A stretch of DNA of 64,000 bases from positions 96,001-160,000 of the forward strand of contig CBDCYI010000004.1 of the NCBI GenBank assembly GCA_965224085.1, given 5' to 3'. This document shows, piece by piece, positions 49,344 through 60,434 of the stretch (position 1 is the first letter of the stretch; each line of letters begins with the position of its first letter). Below the pieces are notes generated by a model, which saw only the letters and a program-made list of their open reading frames with translations, was not told the DNA's origin and did no database searches. The position numbers and the translations under genes were made by a program. The stretch comes from Candidatus Marinacidobacterales bacterium (GTDB lineage: Bacteria > Acidobacteriota > Vicinamibacteria > Marinacidobacterales > SMYC01).

Positions 49344-52196
49344 ATGCTAGACGATCTTCGCAAACGTTTCGGTAGCCTCATTTCCGGTAGGGTCTCGGTA
49401 GTCGAGGAAGAGCTCGCCGACGGGCCACGAGAGCTCTCGCCCCAACAAGGGCAAAAGAAACGCGCGGTCGAAGCCCTCCTTCTGGCACGGCGCGAGTCCC
49501 AGAAACGGGAAGCGCGGCTCATCCTCACCGAGCGGATCCATAACCGCGCCGCCATGCTGCTGAACGAGATTCGCACCGACTTGCTGCAGAGGGTCCACGG
49601 GCGGATCGAAGAGGAGAATCAAAGCGAATCGTTGCACAATCTTCTAGAGGTAACGCTCGATCCCGCCTTCACAACCCGTCTCGATGCCGAGATCGACGAG
49701 CTAACGAAAAAGCTGCTCGAGACGATGAAGTCAGAGCTGGCCGGCGAGCCCGACGCCGCGCAGTTGTTCCCTAAGCCCGATGCCTTCATCACAGAGCTCC
49801 GGAAGTATCGAGACGACATCCTCCGCAAGCATCTTCTCCAGCAGATCGAAGTTCTAGCCCTCCCCACTTCGGCGCAAGCACTCCCTCTCGAGCCCGGCGA
49901 CGCGCAAGTGCTGATGGAGCGGATCGCCGAATGTTGGACGAGCTGCCGCGACGCGCTGGACAAATTCTTTCGCTCTGTCGAGATGGTGCTTCTTTCTGGC
50001 GCTAGAAGCGAGATTCGGCTTGAACCCGATCTCATTCGGAGCCGGCTGGTCGCCGCGCAATATCGCAACGGCTACCAGGTGCTCGACGAACGGTTCCGGC
50101 GCCTTTTCGGCGAGGCCGCCCAGCTCCAGACGAGCACGGAGCCAACGGACAACGAACGTGCGGCGCTCGACGGACGTGTCGTTAACGAGGTCATCGTCCC
50201 ATTGGCCTACTTCATCAGGGAGCGTCGCGAGCCCGAGCCGCGGGAAGCCCTCGCGAGCCGCGCAGAGCTTTTCCGCGATATCGTCGACAAAGTCGTCGCG
50301 GTACCGGATCCGATGAATCAGACCGCCGAAGCGGTCAAACCGCTGCTTCGAAAAAGCGTGGCGCATGCGCGCCCGCTTCTGCAGGACTATTCCTACCTGC
50401 GTACCGTTTTTGAAAGCTTGAATCCCGCCGCCATCCATCGCACGACGGCCCTGCTGAAAGTGTTCGAGACTCTGGTGCAGTCCGAGCTCGATGAAGATTC
50501 TCTCGAGTCCCTCGAGAACGTCATCCGTTTGAATCGTGCTCAGTACCGACTGCTCCAGCACCTAGAAGGTGATTACGATGCGAGTTTGCGGCGTCTACAG
50601 CCTCTCGACCGCGTCGATGACGAAAGCGCCGCTGTGATCGCGAAGGCCATCGAGGAGTCCGCACCCCCCGCGGAGCTCTTGGAAGACGTTTTTACCGTGC
50701 TCGGATATTTAACGCTGCCTGACGCCGTGCCCGAGAAACAAACGCAACTTTTGCGTCGTATTGCAACGTTCGCGCTCACCCCCGAGGAGCTCGGCTCGCA
50801 ATACGCACTCTACCGGGACAAAACGACATCGACCGAGGACCGTGCCCGCATCGCGCAAGCACTCTTCGAACGCCTCGGGCCAAGCGCCCTCGGACATGAC
50901 GAACGCCAGGCGCGCCTCCGGGCAACCCCTCTGCCGATCGATCTAGCAAAAGCGCTCATGGCCATCGGCTACCGGCCCGACGACAAGGATCGGCTAACGG
51001 CATTCAAAGAGGAAGTGCGTAGCGCCGTCGAAGACGGCGACACTTCCAAGCTGGCCAAGGCGGTACGGGACATCGAAGAGTTGAAAAAGGCGGTCGAGCG
51101 CGAGCGCATCCAGCTCGGCGCAACCGGCACCAACGGCGACCCCTATTTCGTAGAGATCTGGCTCACGGAGTCGGGTGCCATGGTCGGGCTGATTTTCTTT
51201 CAGGAAAAGGGCTTCGGACCGAGTCCAGTCGAGACCGTGAAGCTCAATCCGGACAAAGGCAACCGCAAAGAGGCCGAAAAAAAGCTCAGGCGCCAGCTCA
51301 AGAATCAAGCTCTAATCTATCGGACGTTTTATACGTTGTTCGCGCACGACCAGCTTCTCCACAAAGACCAGCGGCGAACGCTCCCTTCTTTCGTCAAGAA
51401 ACTCTTCGAGCCCGTCGTGCCCAACCGCCATCTCCTGCTGTCGCGCATGCGTTACGCCAAAGAGCTCGTGGAGCTCATAGATTCGTTCGTCGAGCTCATC
51501 GTGAACAGCGAGACTTCAGCGGCCAGGGAGGGCAAAGCCGCACGCCAGGTTCTCGGCGGGATCTCCAAGAAACTGACCGAGCTCGTCGCGTCGACGGAGA
51601 AAGCTCGGGACCATGCAAAACTTTCCCGAATCTTGAAAGAGTACGACCGAGCGCTCAAGTATCTGAACACTGCCGTAATCCACTCGGTGAACCCGTGGCT
51701 CGAGCGGCAAACCGCGGAGCTATCGACCGAGTTCGAGTTTCGCAAGAACGAAGTGCTCGAGGCGGTGCGCGAGCACACAGCGCATCACGGCATCGACTGG
51801 GAGCGCGACGTCGAAAGCTTCGAGGCGCACGGTATTCGAGGGACGTTAGGCTGCCGTTCGCTCATGCGTCTATCGGATGGATCGTCGAAAGTCGTCCTCC
51901 TAAGCTATCACCGGCAGCGCCAAGCGTGGCAGGTACGCCATCTCGGGCCACGCGTCACTGACGTCGTGCGCGACGCGCTCCGGGCAAAGGGCAAGAGCCT
52001 TCCCGACGACTACGACGAGAAGCGTGAGCAGCCCACGTTCAGCCTCGATGAGCAGTCTTGTCGGTTCTTCATGCTCAAGCGCGAAGTCACGCGAGTGGAG
52101 GCCACGCTCGTGCTGGATGGAAGCCGCCACGAGAACCCATGGGATGTCGTTTTTCTAAAATACAACGACGAGGTTCTGGTGGATCGTAGTACATAG
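49344..52196 (+). CDS. large hypothetical protein (950 aa), mostly alpha-helical
   Basis: Uninterrupted ORF rich in E/L/R/K; no motif recognised. Confidence 0.85.
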   Translation: MLDDLRKRFGSLISGRVSVVEEELADGPRELSPQQGQKKRAVEALLLARRESQKREARLILTERIHNRAAMLLNEIRTDLLQRVHGRIEEENQSESLHNLLEVTLDPAFTTRLDAEIDELTKKLLETMKSELAGEPDAAQLFPKPDAFITELRKYRDDILRKHLLQQIEVLALPTSAQALPLEPGDAQVLMERIAECWTSCRDALDKFFRSVEMVLLSGARSEIRLEPDLIRSRLVAAQYRNGYQVLDERFRRLFGEAAQLQTSTEPTDNERAALDGRVVNEVIVPLAYFIRERREPEPREALASRAELFRDIVDKVVAVPDPMNQTAEAVKPLLRKSVAHARPLLQDYSYLRTVFESLNPAAIHRTTALLKVFETLVQSELDEDSLESLENVIRLNRAQYRLLQHLEGDYDASLRRLQPLDRVDDESAAVIAKAIEESAPPAELLEDVFTVLGYLTLPDAVPEKQTQLLRRIATFALTPEELGSQYALYRDKTTSTEDRARIAQALFERLGPSALGHDERQARLRATPLPIDLAKALMAIGYRPDDKDRLTAFKEEVRSAVEDGDTSKLAKAVRDIEELKKAVERERIQLGATGTNGDPYFVEIWLTESGAMVGLIFFQEKGFGPSPVETVKLNPDKGNRKEAEKKLRRQLKNQALIYRTFYTLFAHDQLLHKDQRRTLPSFVKKLFEPVVPNRHLLLSRMRYAKELVELIDSFVELIVNSETSAAREGKAARQVLGGISKKLTELVASTEKARDHAKLSRILKEYDRALKYLNTAVIHSVNPWLERQTAELSTEFEFRKNEVLEAVREHTAHHGIDWERDVESFEAHGIRGTLGCRSLMRLSDGSSKVVLLSYHRQRQAWQVRHLGPRVTDVVRDALRAKGKSLPDDYDEKREQPTFSLDEQSCRFFMLKREVTRVEATLVLDGSRHENPWDVVFLKYNDEVLVDRST

Positions 52197-52233
52197 CGTT
52201 GCTTGACGACACCTTCCTGGCTTAAGATCCGTC

Positions 52234-54801
52234 GTGTCGCAAAGGCGCGCTCTGCTTCTCCTGACGTTCTTTATCAGCGGAATCGCGGCGCTCATTTTCG
52301 AGCTCGCGTGGACGCGACTTCTTCTACTCTCCATGGGAACGACGGCCACGGCCGTTGGCATCGTGCTCGGCGCCTTCATGAGCGGGATGGCGCTCGGAAG
52401 CACTTTGAGCGGACATCCTCGAGTTGAGAAGCTCAACCCCGTCTTGACCTTCGCCGCGCTCGAAGCGTTTATCGGAATCTACGCACTCGCGTCACCGATG
52501 ATTCTAGGCGCTGTTGGGAATGTCGCCGGCCAAGAGCTTCGCTTTTTTCTCGCACTCGTGTCTTTGCTCCCTGCGACGGTGGCCATGGGCGCTTCGCTCC
52601 CGGTGCTCGTGCGCGCTCTCTCCGCCTCCGGGGGTGGTGCCATCGCCGTGAGCCTGGGGACACTCTACGCCGCCAATACGGCGGGCGCGGTGCTCGGACC
52701 GCTGCTCGCGGTCTTCTGGCTCTTCCCGAGCGTCGGTCTCACGGCGACACTTTGGGTCGGTGCCGGCCTCGATTTTCTTGTCGCGACGACACTCGTTGTG
52801 GCACATCGTCGTTTCTCGTCACCTCCCGTGCACGCAGTTGAAGGGAAGCGGAGCCCGGTGTCGTGGCTCGTGCTCGCCACAGTCGCGATCTCGGGTGCGA
52901 GCGCCATGGTGTACGAGGTCGCTTGGGGGCGCACGCTTTCGATGGTCTATGGCTCTTCGGTCTACGGCGTCTCGATCATGCTCTCAACTTTTCTGCTCGG
53001 CATTACTCTAGGCGCCGGGCTCGCGTCCTATCTCCTGTACCGCCATCCGACAGAGCAACCGCTGCCACGACTGTCCAAGACCCTCGTGGCCTCGGCTACG
53101 CTCGCCTTTTTTAGCCTCATCATCGCGAGGAGCCTCCCGTTTCTTTTCTTGAATTTATACACGTCGATCGAGGCCCGAGAGGGCACGCTCTTTCTGTCGC
53201 AGTTCATCATCGCAGCGCTTCTCATGCTCCCGTCAACCATGGCGCTTGGGGCCACGCTCCCGCTTGCCGCCGATGCCCTCCCCAAACCACGGAGGAGCGC
53301 CCACGTTGCCAAACTCTATAGTTGGAACCTCATCGGCTCGGCGTCCGGCGCTATCACCGCCTCAGTTTTGCTCCTAGCGAGCTTAGGCGTCGACTTCACG
53401 ATACGAGGCGCCGCCGTCGTGGCGCTCGGCATGGCCATCCTGCTCCTCACGCGCTCCGGCCGGTTCTCCGTCCCCACCGCGGCGATGGCGGGCTCTTTCA
53501 TCCTCATCATCCTCGCGCTCGATCCGAGCGGCGCGCGCGTCATGAAGAGTTTCGGCGTTTATAGCGGAGCACGAACCTATGCGAGTTACGAGATCGGACA
53601 GCTGCGCGACATCGTCGCGAGCCACGAGCTGCTCTATTATCGTGACGGCCCGACAGCGACGGTCGCGGTGCAACAGATCGAGCGCTTTCGTCTTCTGAAG
53701 ATCAACGGCAAGACGGACGCTTCGAATGGGCCGGGTGACGTCGCGACGCAGCTTCTTCTCGGTCATCTGCCGTTTCTCCTGAAGGACGCGAAGCGGATCG
53801 GCGTGATCGGCTGGGGAAGCGGTATGACCGTCGGCGCCGTGCTGCGGCATTCCGTGGAGCGTGTCGATGCGTTCGAGATCGAGCCGGCCGTCATCGAAGC
53901 GTCCCGTTTCTTCGAGCCCTTGAATGGGCAACCCCTCGACGACGAGCGCGTCGTGCTCGTTCTCGCCGACGCGCGCAACCAACTACAGCGTGGCGAAAGC
54001 ACCTACGATGTCATCATCTCGGAACCTTCGAATCCTTGGATCACCGGCGTTTCCAATCTATTCACGAAGGACTTCTTCGAGATCGCCGCCGAGCGTCTCG
54101 AGCCCGACGGCCTCCTTTGCCAGTGGTTTCACCTCTACGGCATGTCCGAAGAGTCGACGCGCTCGCTCATCGCGACGTTTCGCGAAGTATTCCCGTACGT
54201 CATCGCGTTTCAAGATCGCGACCTCATTCTCATCGGCGGCCGCAACCCTCTCGAGCTCTCACTCGATCGCCTCGACGCGTTCTATCGCGACCCGGAGATC
54301 CACGAAAGCCTGACTCGCGCGGAGATGCAATATCCGAGCGACATCCTCGCGAGCATGACGCTCGACGCCGACGGCACCGCGGCGTTTTCGGATGGCACGA
54401 GGCTCAACACCGATGACAACATGTATCTTGAGCTTCAGGCGCCACGCTCCTTGTATCGTGACAACATCGAGGCGATCCTCGTCACCATGCGCGAGCATCC
54501 TCCCAATGTCCTGGCGCACCTCACCGATGTGGAATCCGAGACCGAAGTGCGGCTCGAGCTCGCGGCGTCCTACTTCACCGCGGAGCGGCTCGAGGAAGCG
54601 CTCGTGCAAACGGAAGAGGCCGTCGCGATCGAATCCTCTTTCGAAGGGCAGAAGCTACGGGGTCAAGTTCTGCAACAGCTCGGGCGTGACGACGAGGCGA
54701 AGGCGGCGCTGCAGCACGCGCTCGACGAGGGCGGCGACGATGCAGGACGCCGCTTCGTGGAGGCGATGCTGCGCGCGCTCGACGCCCCCGCGGGTCCCTA
54801 G
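52234..54801 (+). CDS. fused membrane domain/spermidine synthase-like protein with C-terminal TPR
   Basis: SG..AL.FE..W.R.L, LYAANT.GA..G, LKINGKTDAS, IGWGSG.T, YDVIISEPSNPW, LNTDDN. Confidence 0.88.
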   Translation: MSQRRALLLLTFFISGIAALIFELAWTRLLLLSMGTTATAVGIVLGAFMSGMALGSTLSGHPRVEKLNPVLTFAALEAFIGIYALASPMILGAVGNVAGQELRFFLALVSLLPATVAMGASLPVLVRALSASGGGAIAVSLGTLYAANTAGAVLGPLLAVFWLFPSVGLTATLWVGAGLDFLVATTLVVAHRRFSSPPVHAVEGKRSPVSWLVLATVAISGASAMVYEVAWGRTLSMVYGSSVYGVSIMLSTFLLGITLGAGLASYLLYRHPTEQPLPRLSKTLVASATLAFFSLIIARSLPFLFLNLYTSIEAREGTLFLSQFIIAALLMLPSTMALGATLPLAADALPKPRRSAHVAKLYSWNLIGSASGAITASVLLLASLGVDFTIRGAAVVALGMAILLLTRSGRFSVPTAAMAGSFILIILALDPSGARVMKSFGVYSGARTYASYEIGQLRDIVASHELLYYRDGPTATVAVQQIERFRLLKINGKTDASNGPGDVATQLLLGHLPFLLKDAKRIGVIGWGSGMTVGAVLRHSVERVDAFEIEPAVIEASRFFEPLNGQPLDDERVVLVLADARNQLQRGESTYDVIISEPSNPWITGVSNLFTKDFFEIAAERLEPDGLLCQWFHLYGMSEESTRSLIATFREVFPYVIAFQDRDLILIGGRNPLELSLDRLDAFYRDPEIHESLTRAEMQYPSDILASMTLDADGTAAFSDGTRLNTDDNMYLELQAPRSLYRDNIEAILVTMREHPPNVLAHLTDVESETEVRLELAASYFTAERLEEALVQTEEAVAIESSFEGQKLRGQVLQQLGRDDEAKAALQHALDEGGDDAGRRFVEAMLRALDAPAGP

Positions 54802-54885
54802 CGTCCCCGCCATACGGGATCCTCGCGCGTCCGGGAATACCGCGAGCGGGTTAACTCCGAAGATAGGGCGTGTGCTATTTTCCCG

Positions 54886-57800
54886 ATGAGGTCGAACATG
54901 AAAGCCAAATGCTCGTTGTTGAGTCTCGTGCTCGTTTGCGCAGGTGCTGTCGCGGTGGAGGCTGCCGGCGCGGTAGAGGCGTCGCTCTTTCAAAGCTTTC
55001 GCTACCGGCTCATTGGCCCGTTTCGGGCGAGCCGAACCGTCGGCGGCGTGGGCATCCCGACGCAGCCGAACGTGTTCTTCGCCGGTGTGAACAATGGCGG
55101 CGTATGGAAGACGGACGATTTCGGCCGCACGTGGAGGCCCATCTTCGACGACGCGCCAACGGGATCGGTCGGCGATCTCGCGGTATCGCCGTCTCATCCG
55201 AATGTCATCTACGTCGGCACGGGCGAAGGTCTTCATCGCCCCGACCTCGGCGTCGGCGACGGGATCTTCAAATCCATCGACGGCGGCGACACGTGGGAGC
55301 ATGTTGGGCTTTCGGACGTACAGCAGGTCGGCCGGCTCGTCGTGCATCCAACGGAACCCGACGTGGTCTTCGTCGCTGGCCTCGGGCACCCATACGGGCC
55401 GAACGACGAGCGCGGTGTCTTTCGTACCACGGACGGTGCCACGACCTGGAGCAAGGTGCTCTGGGTCGACCACAACACGGGCGCCACCGCGGTTGAGCTC
55501 GACCCGAGCGACCCGCGCACAGTGTACGCGGCTTTGTGGGAGCATCGTGAAGGGCCGTGGGAGAACGCGCGCTTCTCGGGCACCGCTACGGGTCTCTACA
55601 AATCAACGGATGGCGGCGATACATGGGTGCGGTTGAGCGAAGGCTTGCCATCTGAGAACTGGGGACCGCTTTTCATCGGCATATCACCAAGCAACGCAGA
55701 CCGACTATACCTGACGGTCAGCGCCCGCGGCGGGGGAGGCCTTTTCCGCTCCGACGATGGCGGCGCGAGCTGGACGCAAACTTCCGACGATCCGCGACTC
55801 GGCGGTGACGTGCGGGTCCATCCCGAGAATCCCGACATCGTGTTCGTCGGCACGATCGCCGCGTATCGATCGGACGATGGAGGCCATACGTGGACGTCGA
55901 TCAAAGGCGCGCCGGGCGGAGACGACTATCAACGCATCTGGATCAATCCAGAAAATCCCGACATCATGCTCTTCACTGCCGACCAGGGGGCCACGATCAC
56001 GGTGAATGGCGGCCGCACGTGGAGCTCCTGGTACAACCAACCAACCGCGCAGCTCTACCACGTGTCGACGGACAGCCAATTCCCTTACTGGGTGTATGGC
56101 GGCCAGCAGGAAAGCGGCGCGATCGGAACGGCGAGCCGCGGCAATGGTGGCCAGATCTCCTTTCGTGACTGGGTGGGCATCGGGGCCGATGAATACGCCT
56201 ATGTCGCGCCGGATCCACTGAACCCCGACATTATTTATGGAGGGCGCGTGATGCGCTTCGACAAACGCACCGGACAGACGCAGAACGTGGCGCCAGAAGC
56301 GCTTCGTTCGGGGAAGTACCGCATCCTGCGGACGATGCCTCTCGTGTTCCACCCGGCCGAGCCACGCCTGTTGCTCTTCGCGACAAACGTGCTCTGGAAG
56401 ACGACGAGCGGCGGCCAGCAGTGGGAGGTGATGAGCCCGGACCTTTCCCGGGAGCGACCCGAAGTCCCGGAGAGCATCGGTGACTTTTACACGACCGAAT
56501 TCGAAACGATGCCACAGAGGGGCGTGATCTATGCGCTCGGCCCGTCGCCTCTCGACGTCGATACGATTTGGGCGGGCACGGATGACGGGCTCGTACACGT
56601 GACGCGGGATGGCGGCAAGACTTGGCGCGACGTCACGCCGCCGGAGCTCCGTGCATGGGACAAAGTCTCTCAAATCGACGCCGGACATTTCCACGTCGAC
56701 ACCGCGTATATCGCCATCAACGCGATTCGGCGCGACGATATGCGGCCGCATATCTACCGTACGCATGACGGCGGCGCCACGTGGACGCGTGTCGTGAACG
56801 GTCTGCACGAGATGGGCCCCGTCAACGTCGTGCGCGAGGACCCGAAGCAGGCCGGACTCTTGTTCGCGGGAACAGAACGCGAGACTTACTTCTCGGGCGA
56901 TGACGGCGACACGTGGCAATCGCTTCGGATGAACATGCCGGCCTCTTCAATCCGAGACCTCGTCATCCACGATAACGACCTCGTCGTCGGAACCCACGGC
57001 CGCTCGATCTGGATCCTCGACAACATCGCGCCGCTGCGCGCGCTCGGCGAGGCACAGGACGCCGAGGGCGGCTTTCTCTTCGCGCCGCCGACGGCAACGC
57101 GCGTGCGCTGGAACATGTTTGGCGACACACCGCTTCCACCCGAAGAGCCTGCCGGCGAGAACCCGCCGGACGGAGCCATTCTGGACTACGTCCTTGCCCG
57201 AAGCGCTTCCGAAGTCACGCTGGAAGTCTTGGAGGGGAGTGAGTTGATCCGGCGCTACTCGAGCCAAAATGCCCCTGAAGAGGTGACTCCAACCTCGCTC
57301 CGGCACCCGACCTATTGGATTCGTCCGCCCCAGAACCTCGCCACCGACCCCGGGCATCATCGCTTCGTCTGGGATCTCCGTCACACACCTCCGCCAGGAA
57401 GCGGAAGGTCCTTCGCAATCGCCGCCGTTTACGGGCGCACCCCCGTAAGCCCGGCGGGCCCGCTCGTCCACCCGGGCATCTATACGATCCGCCTCACCGT
57501 CGATGGGATTGTTTCCGAGCGCGAGCTCCGCGTTCGCATGGATCCTCGGGTTGAAATCAGCGATGAGGCGCTGAAGCTTCAAACCGAGAACACGATGGCG
57601 TGCTACCGAGGTTATCTGACGGCACAAGATCTGCGGGAGGCGATCGAGACCGCATCGCTCGCGGAAGGGGCACAGGAGGCGTGGAGCACACTTCGCGGCG
57701 CGCGCTTACCTGGCGCCGCCGACACGCTCTACGGCAGCATTTACGAAACATCACCTGAAGAAGAAACGGTGACGGGACTCCAGCAGAAGTTTCTCTACAT

Positions 57801-57915
57801 GATGACGCTGCTTCAGCAAGCGGATGCCCGGCCGACCGCGCAAGCGATCCGAGCTGTAGAGCAACTTACTGGGACGCTTCAGGCTCTCTCCCAACGCTGG
57901 GCCGCGATGCGCTAG
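54886..57915 (+). CDS. BNR/VPS10-repeat glycosyl hydrolase-like secreted protein
   Basis: Repeated (K/R)S.DGG.TW Asp-boxes, RLIGP.R..R, PTAQLYHV, GGQQESG, GTHGRSIWILD. Confidence 0.88.
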   Translation: MRSNMKAKCSLLSLVLVCAGAVAVEAAGAVEASLFQSFRYRLIGPFRASRTVGGVGIPTQPNVFFAGVNNGGVWKTDDFGRTWRPIFDDAPTGSVGDLAVSPSHPNVIYVGTGEGLHRPDLGVGDGIFKSIDGGDTWEHVGLSDVQQVGRLVVHPTEPDVVFVAGLGHPYGPNDERGVFRTTDGATTWSKVLWVDHNTGATAVELDPSDPRTVYAALWEHREGPWENARFSGTATGLYKSTDGGDTWVRLSEGLPSENWGPLFIGISPSNADRLYLTVSARGGGGLFRSDDGGASWTQTSDDPRLGGDVRVHPENPDIVFVGTIAAYRSDDGGHTWTSIKGAPGGDDYQRIWINPENPDIMLFTADQGATITVNGGRTWSSWYNQPTAQLYHVSTDSQFPYWVYGGQQESGAIGTASRGNGGQISFRDWVGIGADEYAYVAPDPLNPDIIYGGRVMRFDKRTGQTQNVAPEALRSGKYRILRTMPLVFHPAEPRLLLFATNVLWKTTSGGQQWEVMSPDLSRERPEVPESIGDFYTTEFETMPQRGVIYALGPSPLDVDTIWAGTDDGLVHVTRDGGKTWRDVTPPELRAWDKVSQIDAGHFHVDTAYIAINAIRRDDMRPHIYRTHDGGATWTRVVNGLHEMGPVNVVREDPKQAGLLFAGTERETYFSGDDGDTWQSLRMNMPASSIRDLVIHDNDLVVGTHGRSIWILDNIAPLRALGEAQDAEGGFLFAPPTATRVRWNMFGDTPLPPEEPAGENPPDGAILDYVLARSASEVTLEVLEGSELIRRYSSQNAPEEVTPTSLRHPTYWIRPPQNLATDPGHHRFVWDLRHTPPPGSGRSFAIAAVYGRTPVSPAGPLVHPGIYTIRLTVDGIVSERELRVRMDPRVEISDEALKLQTENTMACYRGYLTAQDLREAIETASLAEGAQEAWSTLRGARLPGAADTLYGSIYETSPEEETVTGLQQKFLYMMTLLQQADARPTAQAIRAVEQLTGTLQALSQRWAAMR

Positions 57916-58614
57916 AGGAAGGTCGCTTCCACGAACGATTCCACCCTGTCGGAGAGTCACACCGTGGATTTCGAGGGCGAGCCATCCACTTCATTGGTCG
58001 TGACGACCCTATTCGCAACGAGGAAGTCGCAGGCAGACCGAAAGATCTCGCGGACGTTTCACGATTGCGCAACGAATAGCTCAAAAGCCCCGGAGCAACA
58101 GGGCGTTCCAGCAGAACACCATGGCGCCGAATGCGCGTAACTCTTGGTTACGCTCGCTTCAACCCAGGTCCTCAACTGAGGCGTCATTTCAGCGAATCTC
58201 GTCAGGATTTCTTTGTCATGGTTCGATGGGCGGCACGGCGATGACGTCACCGAAGTCGCCGCCGTCTTAAGATAACTCGCCACACTACCGAAGGCTCTGT
58301 GCCGTCCGCTCGATCTGATCGTTATCCCGTTTCTGCAAAGACGCTAGGCCTTCCAGTGGACGTCCTCCCGGTGGAGATGGACTACTGCGAAGACGCTGAT
58401 CTTGCTGCCACGAACTCGGTAAAAAACGCCGTAGGGAAAGTGCCGCGTGATTGCGTGGCGGATATTGCGGTGAAGAACCCGATACTGCTCAGGGTTCGAC
58501 TCGAGCGGCGGCACTGCGAGGGCGTTGACGAAACCTTGACTCTATCAAGTCGTTTTGCGTCTTCACGAAGGCTTGGTGCCGTCCGCTCAAACTCAGAGAT
58601 CCTCATACAGGCCC

Positions 58615-59558
58615 CCTCCCGCGTACTCCCAGCATTGGGAGTACGCTAGGGAGGATTCAACTCACCTAAAGGAGAGAGCCTGATGAGATTCTACAATACG
58701 AGCCACTTGTATTACTGCGGCATCGACCTGCACGCGAAGTCGATGTACCTGTGCGTGCTCGATCAAGAAGGCAAGACCCTGCTCCATCGCAATTTTCCTA
58801 CGCAGCCCGAGATCTTCCTCAAGGCCATCGCGCCTTTCGCGAAGACCTCGTCGTCGCAGTCGAGTGCATCTTCACTTGGTATTGGCTCGCCGACCTTTGT
58901 GCCCGCGAGGGTATCGCCTTCGTACTCGGTCATGCTCTGTACATGAAGGCGATTCATGGTGGCAAGGCGAAGAACGATCGTATCGACGCTCTCAAGATCG
59001 CTACGCTTGTTCGCGGTGGCATGTTGCCGCAAGCCTATGTCTATCCACAGAAAATGCGCTCCACGCGCGACCTGCTTCGCCGTCGACTCACCTTGGTCAG
59101 ACAACGAGGCGAGCTTTTAGCCCATATTCAAAACACGCACCATCAGTACAATCTGCCAACGCCCAAGGCTCGTATCAACAACCGGTGCAATCGCGAAGGC
59201 ATTGCAGAAGAATTCTCCGATGCTGCTGCGTCCAAGAGCGTTGCCGCAGACATCGAGCTCGCCGGGCACTACGACGCGCTCATCAAAGACCTCGAGCTCT
59301 ATCTCACCGCTCAGGTCAAAATTCATGACCAGGACAACTTCCTCGGGCTTCGCTCCATCCCCGGCACCGGCAAGGTCCTCGCCTTGACCTTCATCTACGA
59401 GATTCACGATATCGACCGATTCGAGCGTGTACAAAACTTCGCTTCCTACGCCCGATTGGTCAAGTGCGAGAAAAGCTCCGCTGGGAAACGAACTGGTTCC
59501 GGCGGCAATAAAATCGGCAATGTCCACTTGAAGTGGGCTTTCTCAGAAGCCGCTGTCA
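58615..59558 (+). mobile_element. IS110-family element remnant; transposase from 58683, frameshifted near 58836, 3' truncated
   Basis: CGIDLHAK, VAVE, KNDRIDA (DEDD), SIPG.G, SSAGK, GN.HLKWAFSEAA; left boundary approximate. Confidence 0.85.
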
Positions 59559-59803
59559 GGGCATCGGCTTTTCGTTCGGGACTTCGCTGGTGCTGAGGCT
59601 ACCGCAATGTCCGCAGCACCGAGTGCCATGCCAGATTGCAGCCTCGAACCATTTGGTTGCCGCTTCATCGGTCGGGAACATGTCCATGAGCTGAACAACG
59701 GTTATGCCTTCCCGGTGCCCTCGCCCTGGGGAGTTGTATCGCGTCATCATGATCGTAGAATACACGATCACGGGCGCCTTGTCAAGCGTTTCTTATAATT
59801 CCC
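59556..59803 (-). mobile_element. IS1595-family left end and N-terminal zinc-ribbon fragment
   Basis: F..DEAA..WFE..IW....CCGHCGS; TTGACA-N17-TATTCT promoter (59785-59757) 6 nt before ATG 59750. Confidence 0.7.
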
Positions 59804-60227
59804 TTTCCGTTCGTGCATGCAGGTTCTCCTTTCGGAGGCCCCACAGGGTCTTTCCGGAGGGGGAACCTAGCACACGCCGGATCGCTCGAAGCTCTTCGGG
59901 TCACGCCGCCAGAGGCGGCGCGTTTATTAGCGGACTAATGTGTTTCTAGTGCCGCAGGATGCTCGATATCTTGCACCGTCAACGTGAAACCTTACCGATT
60001 CACTTAGATCTCGACGGCTGAGCCTCTATAGGAGTTTGGTACAGAGCTTTCGTTTCAACGTACCAGCAGTCCTGAAACGAAGTCAGAGCTATTTCCGCGA
60101 GCATTCGACACTCTTGCTCAGGTACGAGACCGTGCCTTCGCCGAGATCTGCCTGTTGACAAACGGGGGCCTGATAGGGGTTAGACGACTCCCTCATCATG
60201 ATGACTCTGCTCCGTCGGGTTGCCGAA

Positions 60228-60434
60228 CTAGTCGCTGTTGCTCTCGAACTTGGCGATGAGTTCGCGAACGGCAGGCAAAAGCTTGTTCGGGACCTCGACG
60301 AAAGTTTGCGTCGAGCTATCGTGGGCGGCCTCATCCTCGGCGACTGCCTCCTCTTCGCTCTGACTTTCATAATGTGCGAGCAATTTTCGCACCCGAGCCT
60401 CGTCCCAGCCCGATGGGAACTCGCTTTGTTTCAT
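60228..60434 (-). CDS. putative antitoxin paired with a BrnT-like gene
   Basis: 68 aa, FP.GWDE.RV..LL.HYE.Q.EEEAVAEDEAA; ATGA overlap with the upstream toxin. Confidence 0.7.
   Translation of the reverse strand: MKQSEFPSGWDEARVRKLLAHYESQSEEEAVAEDEAAHDSSTQTFVEVPNKLLPAVRELIAKFESNSD

Noticed and set aside
57930-58610. Short ORFs between the BNR hydrolase and IS110
   Set aside because: No recognisable family or start signals; probably debris
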